This document shows positions 38,193 to 52,027 of a stretch of DNA of 64,000 nt, one piece after another. Within the stretch, counting starts at the first letter, position 1, and every line of letters begins with the position of its first letter. The stretch is taken from positions 24,366,001 through 24,430,000 of the forward strand of contig OX597821.1 in NCBI GenBank assembly GCA_951406725.2, written 5' to 3'. The DNA is from Octopus vulgaris. Its lineage: Eukaryota. The translations under genes and the position numbers were made by a program. The notes beneath the pieces are model-generated. The model was not told the DNA's origin. It worked only from the letters and a program-made list of their open reading frames with translations, and made no database searches.

Positions 38193-38375
38193 CCAGCCAA
38201 ACAGTCATTCCAATCGTTATAGATCAAGCGTCGTCGTCCTTACTCCTCGAGACTTAGGGGAAATCGTGGAGGTTCGCATACTATATAGACCGCCCAGCAG
38301 ATTTGGTTTCTTCCTGTTCCGGTATAATATAGAGGTACACGGTGTATCGGTGATGGGATTGTCATACCACACTAA
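38193..38375 (+). CDS. Pancreatic lipase-related protein, second PLAT-domain exon
   Basis: TTTTCAG acceptor, AA|GTAAGT donor, phase 2-2, open frame. Encodes SQPNSHSNRYRSSVVVLTPRDLGEIVEVRILYRPPSRFGFFLFRYNIEVHGVSVMGLSYHTK; DLGEI is PLAT-like. Confidence 0.8.
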
Positions 38376-38955
38376 GTAAGTTATTCTCTATTTCTACTTC
38401 TTTGGTCTCAACGCTTTCCTCTGATATTCCCAAATACATTCAATTGTATTTACGTTCATTTTGTTGCTTTTGGTGCAAGGCTTGTATTGTGAAGTGAATC
38501 ACTGAAAAATTTTCCCCGTTTGTATCTCCGACTCCCATTGGTGAAATTCCTTACTTCGAACCTTTAGTTACGTTTTTTCCACTGACGAAAGCCATTCACT
38601 TTTCCTCTTATGTTAGTGGCTATAAAGATTGTCATCGCTTTGTCTTCTTCGTCTTTCTCTCTCTCTCTCCCTCTTCCTCCCTCTCCCTCGTTCTCTTAAT
38701 ATAATCTGAGTTTCGTTCTTGGTTGGGCTATCCACGACGGTTGTGAACAGTGCAGTCTCTGGCGAAACTTACAGCACATTGTCAACATTTGATATAACAA
38801 GCATAACAATCGACTCTATCCAGAGGTTTCAGGTGTACATCAGATAATGTCTGCACTACGTAAAAAATATTCCATTGTACATTATCTTTACCTTTCTTAC
38901 ATTACATACACACACGCACACGCACACACTCACACACACAAACACACACACACAG

Positions 38956-39032
<77 letters not shown>

Positions 39033-39467
39033 GGTTATGCTGGGCGAATGAGAAAAAGTCCTCAGCATATGTAGAGGATATCGTGCTTTTAGTGAAGCTG
39101 AGCAATTCTAACCCGAACATGGCAATGACTTGAAAGACGAGTTGCGAGACAAACTTTCAAACTTTCAGTTTCAGTTTCAGTATGTATGTGTATGTATGTA
39201 TGTATGTATGTATGTACATACGTACGTCATTATTCAGTTTTATTTCAAGATCTCTTTCCAACAGAGAGAGAACTGGTTTCTAGCTTAGATCCAAGTCTCC
39301 TTCTTTGGATTTTCAACATTTTCAGCAACAGGGTATTTTTGTTTGTATGTATGCATAGTGTTGCATACTGTAAATGAACACACTTAAAATTAAGGTGAAT
39401 AGCCCTGAAAAATAATATTCTCTTCGCTTATTATTTCTTACGTTCACTATTACTTTGTATATTTCAG

Positions 39468-39552
39468 GTTTCAGTCATGCGAAAAAGTTACTATTGCGAA
39501 GGGCCACACTTACCGATTCCAACAAAACAACTTCATCAATACTTGTACGTGA
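39468..39552 (+). CDS. Pancreatic lipase-related protein, terminal coding exon
   Basis: TTTCAG acceptor in phase 2. Encodes FQSCEKVTIAKGHTYRFQQNNFINTCT-stop, with two Cys as in the PNLIP last exon. Confidence 0.7.
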
Positions 39553-39705
39553 AGATGTCTGAACAAGTAGTCTGTGATATAATAGAACCAACCAACTTTT
39601 GTTGTATGTTTGTGTCCGAGTCACAATTATGGTAGCTACTAAAACAACAAAGACAAACCAATATTCTTTTTGTTTTTACATCGAAAATATAAGCTTAAAA
39701 AATAG

Positions 39706-39716
39706 AATAAAATAAA
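39706..39716 (+). terminator. Candidate polyadenylation signal(s) of the lipase gene
   Basis: Overlapping AATAAA hexamers about 155 nt after the stop codon; AT-rich context. Confidence 0.35.
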
Positions 39717-40313
39717 AATTTAGATAAAAATATAATAAAATTACGACAGAAAAACAAAAGAAGAAAAATGCGTTCTGATTTCATGCTCAACATTATTCTG
39801 AAAACAACGGTGTAGAATTCAGATTGCAGTTTTAAGATAAATACGGCATCATCTGATCGTAATCCTATCGTGTTTCTTATCTGGATTTATTTTCTTTCAA
39901 AAGAACGGGTTTTGTTACCCAATATTTTATTCTGTATGAACTTAATATGTATCTCATCCGTTTCGTGGCTCCTTGCCGACTAATCTTCAATGAATTTTTT
40001 CCCCGTCTATCGTCCCCTTGCTCCCTACAGAGTATATTTCAATGACAAGCTCTTATTTGTGAAAAAAAAAGCTAAAAAATTATCCACCCCACTCCACACT
40101 GTAGGGCAATTATTATAAAACATCTTTCTTTGTGTAAAGAGTTTTCCATGAATAGTCTTCATTTTACACACTAAAACTATATATAAGTCTGTTTCTTCTT
40201 TCTAAACACTAACTCTGCGTATATTAATTGACTGCGAGACGTAAGACATTGCCGATAAGTCTAAATGTACATGGATGTATGCATTCACAACGTACATTTT
40301 ATTTAATATGTAT

Positions 40314-40365
<52 letters not shown>

Positions 40366-40911
40366 CTTATCCAAATACATACCATTGCCGATCATTTCGA
40401 CTTATTTCCTTTAGCTTCTTTATTAGTTATGTAAATTACGACTAGCTAAGAAATCCGTGTATGTCTCATGCCATTTCTGGAAATCTTTTCTAACTGATAA
40501 AGAAGACTTTTAGCATACTAACTATGCCAACAGTAATTATGAGAAAAAACGATAGAAGCATATGTCCATAGTTATTCTCTTGCAAAGAAAAGTTAGACTA
40601 TCTTTTCACTAAACATGTAAACTAACTTGCTAGATTAATTCTTAATTTATTGAAATTATCTCTACTTGTATTAGTCGCTAATAACTTTTTCTACAATTAT
40701 GAGAGAAAAAAATTAATTAAAAATTTTTCATACAGCATTTAGAATATCAGCTCTTAACTTATTTATCTAATTTATACAATTTTATTGTTTGATTAAGCTT
40801 ATATTTGCTTTATATACACATACATACATACATACATACATACATGTATACACATCTATACATGTATGTGTCTAGGAGAGAAAGAAAGAGAGGGAGAGAA
40901 AGAGAGAGAGA

Positions 40912-40973
<62 letters not shown>

Positions 40974-41525
40974 TGTATAGATAGAGAGGGAATAGAATCA
41001 AAGACGGCCTGGGATAAAATTTTCTGCTATTGTAAATGCATAACATCAGGTTTCTTTTTAGGTGAAAATACGAATGAATTCGTATACTCATTAAGCAAGC
41101 AAAGATGAACTTGAAAAGATTTTTAAGAAAGGAGCTATTGCTATGCTAATAATTTTGTTACCAAGTTCAAAAGTATTTTTAGTGCTATCTTCTGGAAATA
41201 GTATAGGAAAAGTTACCCCAAATACTTTGTATGCTATCACAAATTTTAAAATTCTAGAATATCAAATATTATATATTAATATTTCTCTCCTTTATCATAA
41301 CATATATTGTCTTTTCTTGCCCTCACAACAGTTTGTATAAGTTACAAATTGCGATTAAATATTTTAAGATTCGCGCTTCATTTAGAAAACTGCACACTTT
41401 TAGAATATTAATTTTAATTCTTTTAATTAAATTATCATCAAAGCGGCGACATTTAGCTGACATGTTAGGATTCTTCGGGAATAATTATTATGGTTAATAA
41501 TACATGCATACATACATACATATAT

Positions 41526-41574
<49 letters not shown>

Positions 41575-41601
41575 ATATATATGTATATATATATATGTAT
41601 A

Positions 41602-41651
<50 letters not shown>

Positions 41652-42522
41652 CGTGCATACACACACGCGCGCGCATACACACACATACACTCACAAATAC
41701 ACACACATACGCATATGAACGAATATATGTACATATATTTGTATGCATGCATGTACCGTATATATAGCGAAGGTGTCTGGGCAAAAAGTGAAGAATGTTG
41801 GACTCTTGATCATTTATTCTTCGTTTTGAATCCCAAGCTAGGTATTGTGTTACGTTCATCAGAGAAACACTACATTTCATGTTACTCCATTCTACACCGC
41901 TAAAAATGAGTACCTTTGAGGGTAAAGAGTAATAGCTGAGGGGAGAGAGTAATCATGCATCCCATTCACTATGGGGAAAGGTAGTATCAGTGTCCTAGAC
42001 GTCAATGGAAACGGGGAGAAGCTCCAACCTAACGAACCAGAAGGCTCGTATTAGACCCGTTCCCCTATTCCCCTTATGTATATTGAAAGGGTGGAGAGGA
42101 GCACTACTAGTAAAATAACAAACTCAGTTCTTACAAATTTCGTTGTGTAGACATCATTAGTTATAATTATCTTCAGGTAAAATTTACGTCAATATTTACT
42201 GCCTTGTCTATCTTATTATATTTCTCCTGTTATTCTTCTAAAGAAACTATAAACTAACAGACTTCGCAGAGTGTCAAATGAAATACCTTGAAATGTTTAG
42301 TTACATTGCTTTAAGTTCTGGTTTTAAATTCCATCACGCTGAAATTTTGGTATTCAAGCTTATAGTAATAATAGTAATAATAATAACTATTATTATTATT
42401 GTTGTTGTTGTTGTTGTCTTCGTCGTCGTCATCATCATCATCATCATCATCGTCATCATCATCATCATCATTATTATTATTATTGTTATTGTTATTATTA
42501 TTAATATTATTATTATTATTAA

Positions 42523-42559
<37 letters not shown>

Positions 42560-42561
<2 letters not shown>

Positions 42562-42737
42562 GGCGCTGACCTGGCAGGATCGAAGTGCTTAGCAGTATTT
42601 CGTTCGTTTTCCCGATCAGAGTTCAAATTCTGCCGAGGTCGGCTTTTCCTTTCATCTAATTACCAGTCAAGTACCGGGATCAATGTGATCGACTTACCCA
42701 CTCCCAATAAATTTCAGGCCTTGTACCTATAGCAGAA

Positions 42738-42740
<3 letters not shown>
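42560..42740 (+). mobile_element. Degraded family B SINE within trinucleotide repeats
   Basis: AAGGCGCTGACCTGGCAG..GAGTTCAAATTCTGCCGAGGTCG..TTTCAGGCCTTGT. Confidence 0.7.
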
Positions 42741-42773
<33 letters not shown>

Positions 42774-43640
42774 ATTATTATTATTAGAAACGTACAGATG
42801 TCGGTTTTAGACAGCTACATCCTTCTTAAAAACCGATGAGCGGGATTTGTTGCAACCAACATCAAAATCATGTTATCCTTATATATATATACATATATTA
42901 AAGTATTGTACTGATTTAGCCTTCAATTTGTAAATTGCATAATCAGTTTTTACTTGAAGTTGTAGAAGTTTGACCGGTGTTAATTTACGTAGTGATAAAG
43001 TAAATGTAGAAAGAAATTTTCGCCTACATTTGAAGACGCAATGTTAGTCGTATGTTATTGTTTTACTGCATTGATTTGTTCCACATTCCGTTTTATTTCT
43101 TCTTAAATATAATTTTGAGTATAAAACATATAAGTATGGAACTTCCATATCTATTGATTTTCTTCTGTTTTGTTGTTTTGATTTCAAATTTTCTCGTTTA
43201 TTATGTGCATACACGTACAAACACATATACATATATTGAGAAACACACTTACAGACAAACGTACATATACCTTCAAACATACGTACTTTTAATTTCTCTG
43301 TCACGACTATATGTATGAATTCATATATACACATTATATACAGGTAATTCCTTATATAAGTACACTCACATATGTCAATGCATTCAAGTATAAGAGTTTA
43401 TGCATGCCTGCATGCATACATTCATTCATACATACCTGCACGTATACATTCATACATACGTACATACGTATATATTTATATATATATATATATATACACA
43501 ATACACACACGCAATACACACACATATATATGGGTAAGATCCAAGGACCAAGGTTTAGGAAGTTAGTGGGCTTCAAACAGTCCGTAGAAGATATTAAAAA
43601 CAACTTTCTAGAACAATAGTGGTCTATCGGCGCAGAAGGT

Positions 43641-43826
43641 TACTCTTTTACTTGTTTCAGTCATTTGACTGCGGCCATGCTGGAACACCGCCATTAGTCG
43701 AGTAAATCGACCCCAGGACTTATTCTTTGTAAGCCTAGTACTTATTCTATCGGTCTCTCTTGCCGAACCGCTAAGTGACGACGACATAAACACACCAGCA
43801 TCGGTGATCAAGCAATGCTAGGGAGA

Positions 43827-43875
<49 letters not shown>

Positions 43876-44087
43876 TAATATATATATATATTAATATATA
43901 TATATATACATATATACGACGGGCTTCTTTCAGTTTCTATCTACCAAATCCACTCACAAGGCTTTGGTCGGCCCGAGGCTATAATAGAATAATAGTAGAA
44001 GATGCCCAAGATGCCACGCAGTGGGACTGAACCCGGAACCATGTGGTTGGGAAGCAAGCTTCTTACCACACAGCCACTCCTACGCCT
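43641..44087 (-). mobile_element. SINE family A, full length
   Basis: Matches the other copies head to tail. Confidence 0.9.
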
Positions 44088-44234
44088 TATCGAAGTTCGG
44101 TAAGGTGAAAAACGTTTATTTTATAGTTCACGGTTAACAACTGGGGTTGCTGTATATGCGAAAAAGTATCCAGAAATTAGGGAATGGAGTAGATAAAATC
44201 CTGGCTACATATGTTTCAAAACTAGCGGAACCCC

Positions 44235-44272
<38 letters not shown>

Positions 44273-44559
44273 TGTATATGTATACGGAATGGTATCAAAA
44301 GGTTTCCGGACCAGTTATGTTTAATGAAAAATAACATTTTTTTAACTAAGTTTTAACATCGTCTCCGAAATAATCATATTTCGCAGCAATACACCGGTCT
44401 CACCGTTCCTGCTACTTTTGGAATCCTACCTGGAAGTCGCTTTCCGTAAGCGTATCGAGGACTTTCTACGATTCGCTCAAGATCTCGACAACGGCGTTAA
44501 AACGATAACCTTTGAGCTGTATATAATATCAGTGTTTATTAAAATACATTTTATTCTGA

Positions 44560-45965
44560 AATTTAATAGAATCTACTGACAGGAATTTTTTTATGAACGC
44601 AATGTCTGTCTTCAAATTGATGAACATTCTAGTCCAACTACCTGCTCATAACATGAAGCAATGGAACTGCAAACATCAAGAAACATGTCATTCAATAGCT
44701 GTGCGCATCCCACTTCAATAGATACCCTCAGTTCGTTGATTTTGTCATTTTTTTAACAGTAAATATTACCTTTTAAGTAAGTCCATAAAAAGGTTTTGCA
44801 GTGTGAAATCCGATGAACGCGGAAGGAATTCAACTGAACCGTTTCGTACAATTCATGTTTTTGGCAAAATCTAATCAAAGCAGGTCCTTACATTACTATA
44901 GAAATGTGGAGGAAATTATGCTCCACATCTTCAAAATCCTCATGAATACTTGGTATGACTGAATGTCTTAGAAAGTTCAAGTAAATGGGATCAGTTACAG
45001 TGCCCTCAAAAAAGATTGATCCAGTTAACCCTTTTTACGATGAGTCACACTATACTGTAACTCTTGGTAAATTAGCAATCCGTAATAAGGTGGCAAGCTG
45101 GAAGAACCGTTATCGTGACGGTAAAAAAGACTTAGCAGCCTTTCTTCAGACTTTACGTTCTCAGTTAAAATGCCGCCGGGGTCGACTTTGCCTTTCATTC
45201 TTTCGGGGTCGACAAAATAGGTACCAGTTGAACACTGGGGTCGATATAATTGACTTATCCACCTCGAACCCCCACCCCACCCGATATTGCTGGTCTCGTG
45301 ACAAAACTTGAAACCATATTAGCAATCCGTGATATGCAGATTATCAGGTCCCTAGCAGGTGCGATTGTGACAGTTAATTAAGCCATTTAGTTTAAATGTA
45401 GCCTCATCATTTCAAAAATCTTTGTTGGAGGGTGTGCATAAGCGTATATATCTGGCCGAGTACCATCCACAAAACTCCACTCTTTGGTCTGAATCATTTT
45501 CATAGAGAGCATAGACTATTCTTGAAATGTAGCTTTTTCATTGACAGCGCTTCAAATTGCGATGGAAGCTTGATTTTGACATTCCTATCTCACAACTTGT
45601 TTGCAGCACAGATGTTTTTGAGGTCTGTCAATAAATCTCTAGTATGCTTTCTTGCTTTGTGGGGTGCGTCCGTGCCCGCAAACTTCCGGAACGTTCCTTG
45701 TGGACATTCTGAACAGTTCCATCGCTTCAAGCATATCTCTAATATGCGTGATGGTAAGCCGCGTTGGTGGATTCGTTTAAAATTCCCTTCTTAATTATCT
45801 TTACACTTAGACTGCGACATCAAACTTCCAGTTGCACTTAAAGTTTCCTCTGTTCAAAGCTTAGCCTGGCTCGTTTGATTATTTGTACTGAGTTAAATCT
45901 AAAAGGAAATGAAACGTGAGTTACCTATTAAAGTGTGTATACATTATTTTGAGTGTGTATACATA
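44560..45965 (-). mobile_element. Degenerate Tc1/mariner-superfamily transposon, interrupted by a family B SINE (about 45088-45320)
   Basis: Minus strand N-terminal ARLSFEQRK..PPTRLTITHIRD..GTVQNVHKERSG and C-terminal [24 protein letters not shown], with many stops and frameshifts. Confidence 0.6.
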
Positions 45966-46681
45966 TATTAATATATAGTACTTGTGTGGAAGTCAAAACC
46001 ACTCTAGGACAAAAAAAGAAAGAAAGAAAACAAGTACTTAGCGTTCGGCAAAGGGACCGATAGAATAAGCACTGGGCTTACAAAAAGAATAAGTCCCAGG
46101 GTCGAGTTGCTCGATTAAAGGCGGTGCTCCAGCATGGCCGCAGTCAAATGACTGAAACAAGTAAAAGAGTAAGCAATTTTTAAATTATAAATATTACATT
46201 AATTATAAAATAACCCCAATCACAAAAATGAGCAAAATAAAATGAACATTATACCGTATTTTTGAAAAATCAAAACAAACACAATATTGAAAACCTCATT
46301 AAATGTTGAGGGTCATTTAAAATTAATTTTACCACAACCTGATGCCGTGTGCCCTACATTATTTCGAAATCCCTCCATGGGCTTCCTCTCATTCACATAA
46401 TCTAGAGACAGCTTTTGTCCTAGGTTAGTTTTGTCTGGACCCCATTGTATGCAAAATAGCCGCCCCACTTCTGTGAAATTACTAGGTTTGATGTGTTAGA
46501 GGGATTAGCTTCATACCTCTCTGGTACTGGTCAAGTGATAGACACCTCAGATGAAAAACCAATGAAAAACCAATAAGTGTCGAAAATTGGTTACAGCTGG
46601 TCATCGCTCTTTTTCAATCAACAGTAAAAGAGGTAAACTTGACATACTTGGCTGCCTACTACGTAGATTTACACACACACG

Positions 46682-46761
<80 letters not shown>

Positions 46762-46793
46762 TTCATATATGTGTGTATACATATGCCTATGGG

Positions 46794-48085
46794 TTGGGTT
46801 GTCCGGAAAGTTCGTGCCGATTTTTAAAGGAAAGAAAAAGGTCAAAAAATACTTGCCATTACATTTTTACTCAACCAAATATGAACCATTTTGTTGCACA
46901 ATGCGTCTCCATCTTTCCTTTAACTTGAAAATGCCCTCTTCTCATAATTGATGTGGTTTCATGGCATAAGAATTCATCAAGATATCTTTTTACGTCATCC
47001 AAGGAATTGAAATTTTTACCATTAAGACTATTCTGCAGAGACCTAAATAAAAGTGGAAATCCGAAGGAACAATATCTGGTGCATATGGAGGGTGGGGTAA
47101 CACATCACTGCCGAGCTGCAGCAATTTTTGTCAGGTTCCCCGAAAAGCGTGCGGTCTTGCATCATCATGGTGGAAAACAACAGCCTTCCTTTTGGTCAAT
47201 TCTGGACGTTTCTCTTGAAAATTGCTGCTTTTAACTCGTTCACTTGTGTGCTGTATTTCTCAGAATTAATTGTCTGGCTACTTGGGAGAAGCTCATAGTA
47301 CAGAATTCCTTTCCAATCCCACCAGACACAAAGCAAGATTTTTTAGGGTGAAGACCCGCTTTTGGGGTGGCTAAGGGTGGATCACGTCGCTTACTCCAGG
47401 ATCGCTTTCTCTGAACATTTCGGTAGATAATCCATTTCTCATCACCTGTCACAATTCGCTTTAAAAAAGGCGCGTTTTCATTCCGTTTATAAAGCGAATC
47501 ACAGATGGAAATGTGATCCAAAAGGTTCTTCTCACTCAACTCATGTGGTACCAAAACATCGAGCGACTTGTGTACCCAAGCTTTACCAGGTGCTCATGAA
47601 TGACGAATTTTGATAGGTTGAGGCTTTCTGCCAATTCTCGGGTTGTGCAATGTGGGTTATTCTCAGTTAATGACTTGATTTGCTCATCATCTGTAGTGGA
47701 TGGTCTGCCTGATCGCTCTTTATCATTAAGGCTACAATCTCCAGCTCGGAGCCTTGCGAACCACTTCCGTACAGTTCTTTCGGATAAAGAAACATCACCG
47801 TAAACTGCGCATATTTCTTTGGATGCTTGTGAGGTATTTTTTCCTTTACGGAAAAAGAAAAGCATCAAGTGCCGAAAATGAACTTTCTTATCTTCCATTT
47901 TAAAGGGTTACAGAATTAACACAGGTTATAGAAACATAAACCTTCTTCCATGAAAAGATAGCTTAAATTGTGCTCAACGTTTAATGGAGGTGTAGTCAAA
48001 TCCTATTTTATGGACTCAACCATGTTCTAAAATAACTCGAAATGTAAGCTACTATAAATCGGCACGAACTTTCCAGACAACCCAA
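46794..48085 (-). mobile_element. Near full-length mariner (~1.29 kb) with frameshifted transposase
   Basis: TIRs TTGGGTTGTC(C/T)GGAAAGTTCGTGCCGATTT. ORFs 47536..47898 (HFRHLMLFFFRKGKN, KWFAR, ERSGRP) and 47240..47554 (VPHEL, IVTGDEKWI); downstream HHDDARPH and HPPYAPDI..SDFH. Confidence 0.92.
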
Positions 48086-48276
48086 TATTTACTACCATTT
48101 CGAATCCGGCTCAAAAGACCTGAATTACCGACAGACTGTCAGTGTATTTCGTATGGGAGTATTTATTATCGACCACGTCCCATTATAAATGAGGACGTGC
48201 TCTATTATGGTGTTAGTCGAATGAATAAAACAGCAGAAAAAAAAGAAAAGAATAGAAGATTAAATAAAAGAATCTA

Positions 48277-48681
48277 CAGGAGTGGCTTTGTGGTAAGTAG
48301 CTTGCTAACCAACCACATGGTTGCGGGTTCAGTCCCACTGCGTGGCATTTTGGGCAAGTGTCTTCTGCTATAGCCCCGGGCCGACCAATGCCTTGTGAGT
48401 GGATTTGGTAGACGGAAACTGAAAGAAGCCTGTCGTATATATGTATATATGTATATGTATGTGTGTGTGTGTTTGTGTGTCTGTGTTTGTCCCCCTAGCA
48501 TTGCTTGACAACCGATGCTGGTGTGTTTACGTCCCCGTCACTTAGCGGTTCGGCAAAAAGAGACCGATAGAATAAGTACTGGGTTTACAGAGAATAAGTC
48601 CCGGGGTCGATTTGCTCGACTAAAGGCGGTGCTCCAGCATGGCCGCAGTCAAATGACTGAAACAAGTAAAAGAGTAAAGAG
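48277..48681 (+). mobile_element. SINE family A, full length
   Basis: CAGGAGTGGCTTTGTGGTAAG..GAGTAAA tail. Confidence 0.9.
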
Positions 48682-48825
48682 TATATGTAAATACACACAC
48701 TTGCGCATACATATCTATGCACATATATATTTACACACATGCATATACATACACATGCATGTACGCATACATGCGTATACATACACAAGCATGCATAAAC
48801 ACGTACATACATTCACATAGGCATA

Positions 48826-49040
48826 CGCCGGGATGCTGAAAAGTTTCTGACTTTAAGGGGATTGCGAAAGGCCTGGCTGGAGGCCGAACCTTCCGTGTTC
48901 TTTTACAGGGCTTAGAAAAACTGGAGGACTTGCAATAAGTGTATGATTCTGAGAGGAGAATATGTTGAATAAAATCATAATAAACGGATCCTCCCGTACT
49001 TTCTTTTAACCAAAGCCAATAACTTTTCAGATCCCCCTTG
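48826..49040. mobile_element. Mariner-derived MITE (related partial copy at about 59110-59292)
   Basis: TA flanks; imperfect TIRs GGGATGCTGAAAAGTT / AACTTTTCAGATCCC; interior shared with 59125-59290. Confidence 0.65.
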
Positions 49041-49164
49041 TATACATGCAAAATACATATACATGCCTTCCTACATGTATACCTGCATACATGCATACAC
49101 ATATTTTCATACATACGTACACACACATACATATACATACACAAAATGTGATAGCTGGGTTCTG

Positions 49165-49317
<153 letters not shown>

Positions 49318-49360
49318 ATTTTTTTATTTATTTATTTATATATATATATGCTGAGCTGAG

Positions 49361-49677
49361 ATCCCCTTCAGTCATGACTGACCATGGGATTGCACCTAGA
49401 AAGTTACCCTCCCAGGCACAAGTCCGGCAAAGTTGCTTTTAGAAGACCAGCAGTCGCCCATGCATACCGGACTCCCCTCTCCACTCCACCAGTGTTATCC
49501 AAGGGAAAGGCAAAGCTTGGCACCTGTGACGTGGCAAATCATTTCTACAGTTGAGTGAACTGGAGCAACGTGAAATAAAATGTCTTGCTCAAGAACACAA
49601 CACGCAGCTCGGTCCAGGATTCGGACTCACATCCTCACGATCATAGGCTCGACGCTCTAACCACTGAGCCATACACC
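49361..49677 (-). mobile_element. Third SINE family: tRNA head, CORE-like body, RTE-like tail
   Basis: Minus strand GGTGTATGGCTCAGTGGTTAGAGCG..GTCCGAATCC..GTGTTCTTGAGCAAGACA..; ends GGTCAGTCATGACTGAAGGGGA. Confidence 0.7.
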
Positions 49678-49679
49678 GT

Positions 49680-49736
<57 letters not shown>

Positions 49737-50195
49737 TTACACACACGCACACGCACACACATATATATATATTCTTCATACCCAATGATTGACCACTGGT
49801 GTTTTACGTGAGGAATATTTTTGCAACTGATGTCAGTATCGTTGTAACATATCCTGTTAAGCGATTCTCTGTTAGAGTAATCTGCATAGCCAATGACTAT
49901 GTTGAACAGAGGAAATACTTTTCCCAGAAACTAAATCTTTCTCCTTTGCTCAAAGCCTATCTTCTTCATGTTTGTTAATAAGTTTTTGCTTAATACCCTT
50001 CTACCTTTCTTGTTTGTCTCTTTGAAGAACTTTACCAAAAACTTTCTGTATTCATTGCGATCTACAGTAAGGATATATATATATATATATATATAAAGTT
50101 AATCCAAACAAGAAAACACAAAAAGACACAACAACGCGAGGACGTGGAACAAATATAGTATTATTGGACGCTCAGGAAAGAAGGGAAGATGGAGG

Positions 50196-50230
50196 GTTTA
50201 ACGTTTCGAGCGGAGCTCTTCATCGGAAAC
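50196..50230 (-). ncRNA. Minimal type I hammerhead-like motif (U4C variant) in a Penelope-type terminal remnant (about 50095-50310)
   Basis: GTTT-CCGATGA-A-GAGC-TCC-GCTC-GAA-ACGT-T-AAAC; downstream TTCCTGAGCGT is shared with the 2437-2597 element. Confidence 0.6.
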
Positions 50231-50557
50231 ATAGAAGGAAAGATCCCGAGAAGGGAAGACAGAGGGAAAAAAATCGCCAACGGTACACACGAGGTCACAT
50301 AATCTACAGTAATGATATATATATATATATGCTCGTAGCTTAGTTTTTCCATGGGGCTGGCCAGATCGAAGCAATCTCAAGATTAATCAGTCGAAATTGC
50401 GAGGACGATCCGGTTCTTCACTGAAAATTAGAGGCTTCGAATGATCGTCCGTGTTTTTTGTATCGTTTATTTGAATGTTTTGCGTTCTTGTCCCATTTTG
50501 TATTTTTATATATATATATTATTGCAGCGTACGTACACCATATTCTCCAATATGTAT

Positions 50558-50624
<67 letters not shown>

Positions 50625-50778
50625 TAATATAAAGTCCAAGGGAAGTAACTCTAAAAGATATTTTTTAGTTATCTCCCTTAAATAGATAATAATAATAATA
50701 ATATATATATACATACACATATATAATATAAAGTGTAGAAGAAATAACTCTAGAAGATATTTTTTTAGTTATCTCCCT

Positions 50779-50824
<46 letters not shown>

Positions 50825-50826
<2 letters not shown>

Positions 50827-51029
50827 GTGTGTCCCAAAAAAATGTATACACACTTTAGCAGCTGATTTGATATTTTTTCTTTCCAGATGAAACCTGTAGG
50901 ATTTAATGATGGCAGTCAGATTAAGCTTTGAACAAAGAAAATTCATTCTAAAATGATACTGGAAGTGTGAAAATGCAGTTGAAGTGCAAAAACAGTTAAA
51001 GTATGCATACATTTTTTTGGGACACCCTG
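50825..51029 (+). mobile_element. Tc1-type MITE (internal deletion derivative)
   Basis: TA TSD; TIRs CAG(T/G)GTGTCCCAAAAAAATGTAT; interior encodes MAVRLSFEQRKFILK.YWKCENAVEVQKQ. Confidence 0.85.
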
Positions 51030-51061
51030 TATATATGTATACACACAAATATATATATAAT

Positions 51062-51639
51062 TCGGAATGCTCGCAGCAGCCATATTCCTACCACTCTATG
51101 TCACGCTGGTGAGACCCATATTGGAGTATGGGATTCAAGCCTCTTCTCCTTATCTCCTCAAAGACATACAGCATCTCGAAAGAGTCCAGAGGCTGGCTAC
51201 CCGCATGGTTCATGGTCTCAAAAATTTGTCCTACGAAGAAAGGCTGAGGACGCTCGACCTTTATTCTCTTGAAAAACGCCGCCGCCGTGGTGATCTCATT
51301 CTCGCCCACAACATCATAAGCGGGAAGTGTAACCTCTCGAAAGAGCTGTTCTTTACTCCTGCTCCCGAGCGTCGGCTGCGGGGTCATTCCGAAAAGCTCT
51401 ACCTGCGACGATTTCATCTCAATCGAAGGAGAGGAGCTTTCTCCGTCCGGGTTGCGGATCCGTGGAACAAGCTGCCAGACGAGATGGTGAAGATGCCGAT
51501 GACCGCTTTGTTCAAAGCCTCCCTGGACCTCAAGTGGCCTGAACTCTTTACATGAACACCACCCTGTACTTAACTCCATGTCCCCCTACATGGCCTTGCT
51601 ATTTGCTTTTGAGCCAAATTAACTAACTAACTAACTAAC
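51062..51639 (+). mobile_element. CR1-clade LINE, 5'-truncated 3' end with open frame
   Basis: ORF 51067..51555 (LYVTLVRPILEY, LERVQRLATRMV, LSYEERL, RGDLI, RGHS, FSVRV..WNKLP); short UTR and (TAAC)n tail. Confidence 0.9.
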
Positions 51640-52027
51640 ATAACAATCACAATAGGCACAACACAAGCACAACCACCACCACCACCACCACCACCACCAT
51701 CAACAACAACAATACCGGCAACCATAACAACAACCACAACGATAATAACACTCTACACTCTGTCTTTTATAACCCTAACAACAAATCTTATGACATGACG
51801 AGGATCTATCCCACAGACTTAACAAAAGAGTGTGTATTCCACTCAACAAAACCACTAAAAAACATAGTGAGGAGGAGTCCCACCAACTCGGCTCATCTGT
51901 TGACAAAGGCCTAAAACAGCGAATTAGGAACAAACAATTAGTGTGCCTCCCTACAGACAAGTCTGGCAGACTATCAGTAGATAGCCCACAGAACTATGTC
52001 CAGACCATGCAATAACATATCAGTAGC

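Noticed and set aside
38570-38790. CTGACGA-AAGCCA..TGGCT hammerhead-like start
   Set aside because: GAAA and stem III are missing; too decayed to call, though probably a Penelope remnant.
49610-49677. tRNA-like sequence
   Set aside because: No proper cloverleaf; continues into a SINE body, so it is a SINE head.
50340-50510. Possible further hammerhead remnant (TCAGTCGAAATTGC)
   Set aside because: No recognisable CUGANGA core.
51088-51579. 163-aa minus-strand ORF
   Set aside because: Antisense shadow of the CR1 ORF; no recognisable motif.
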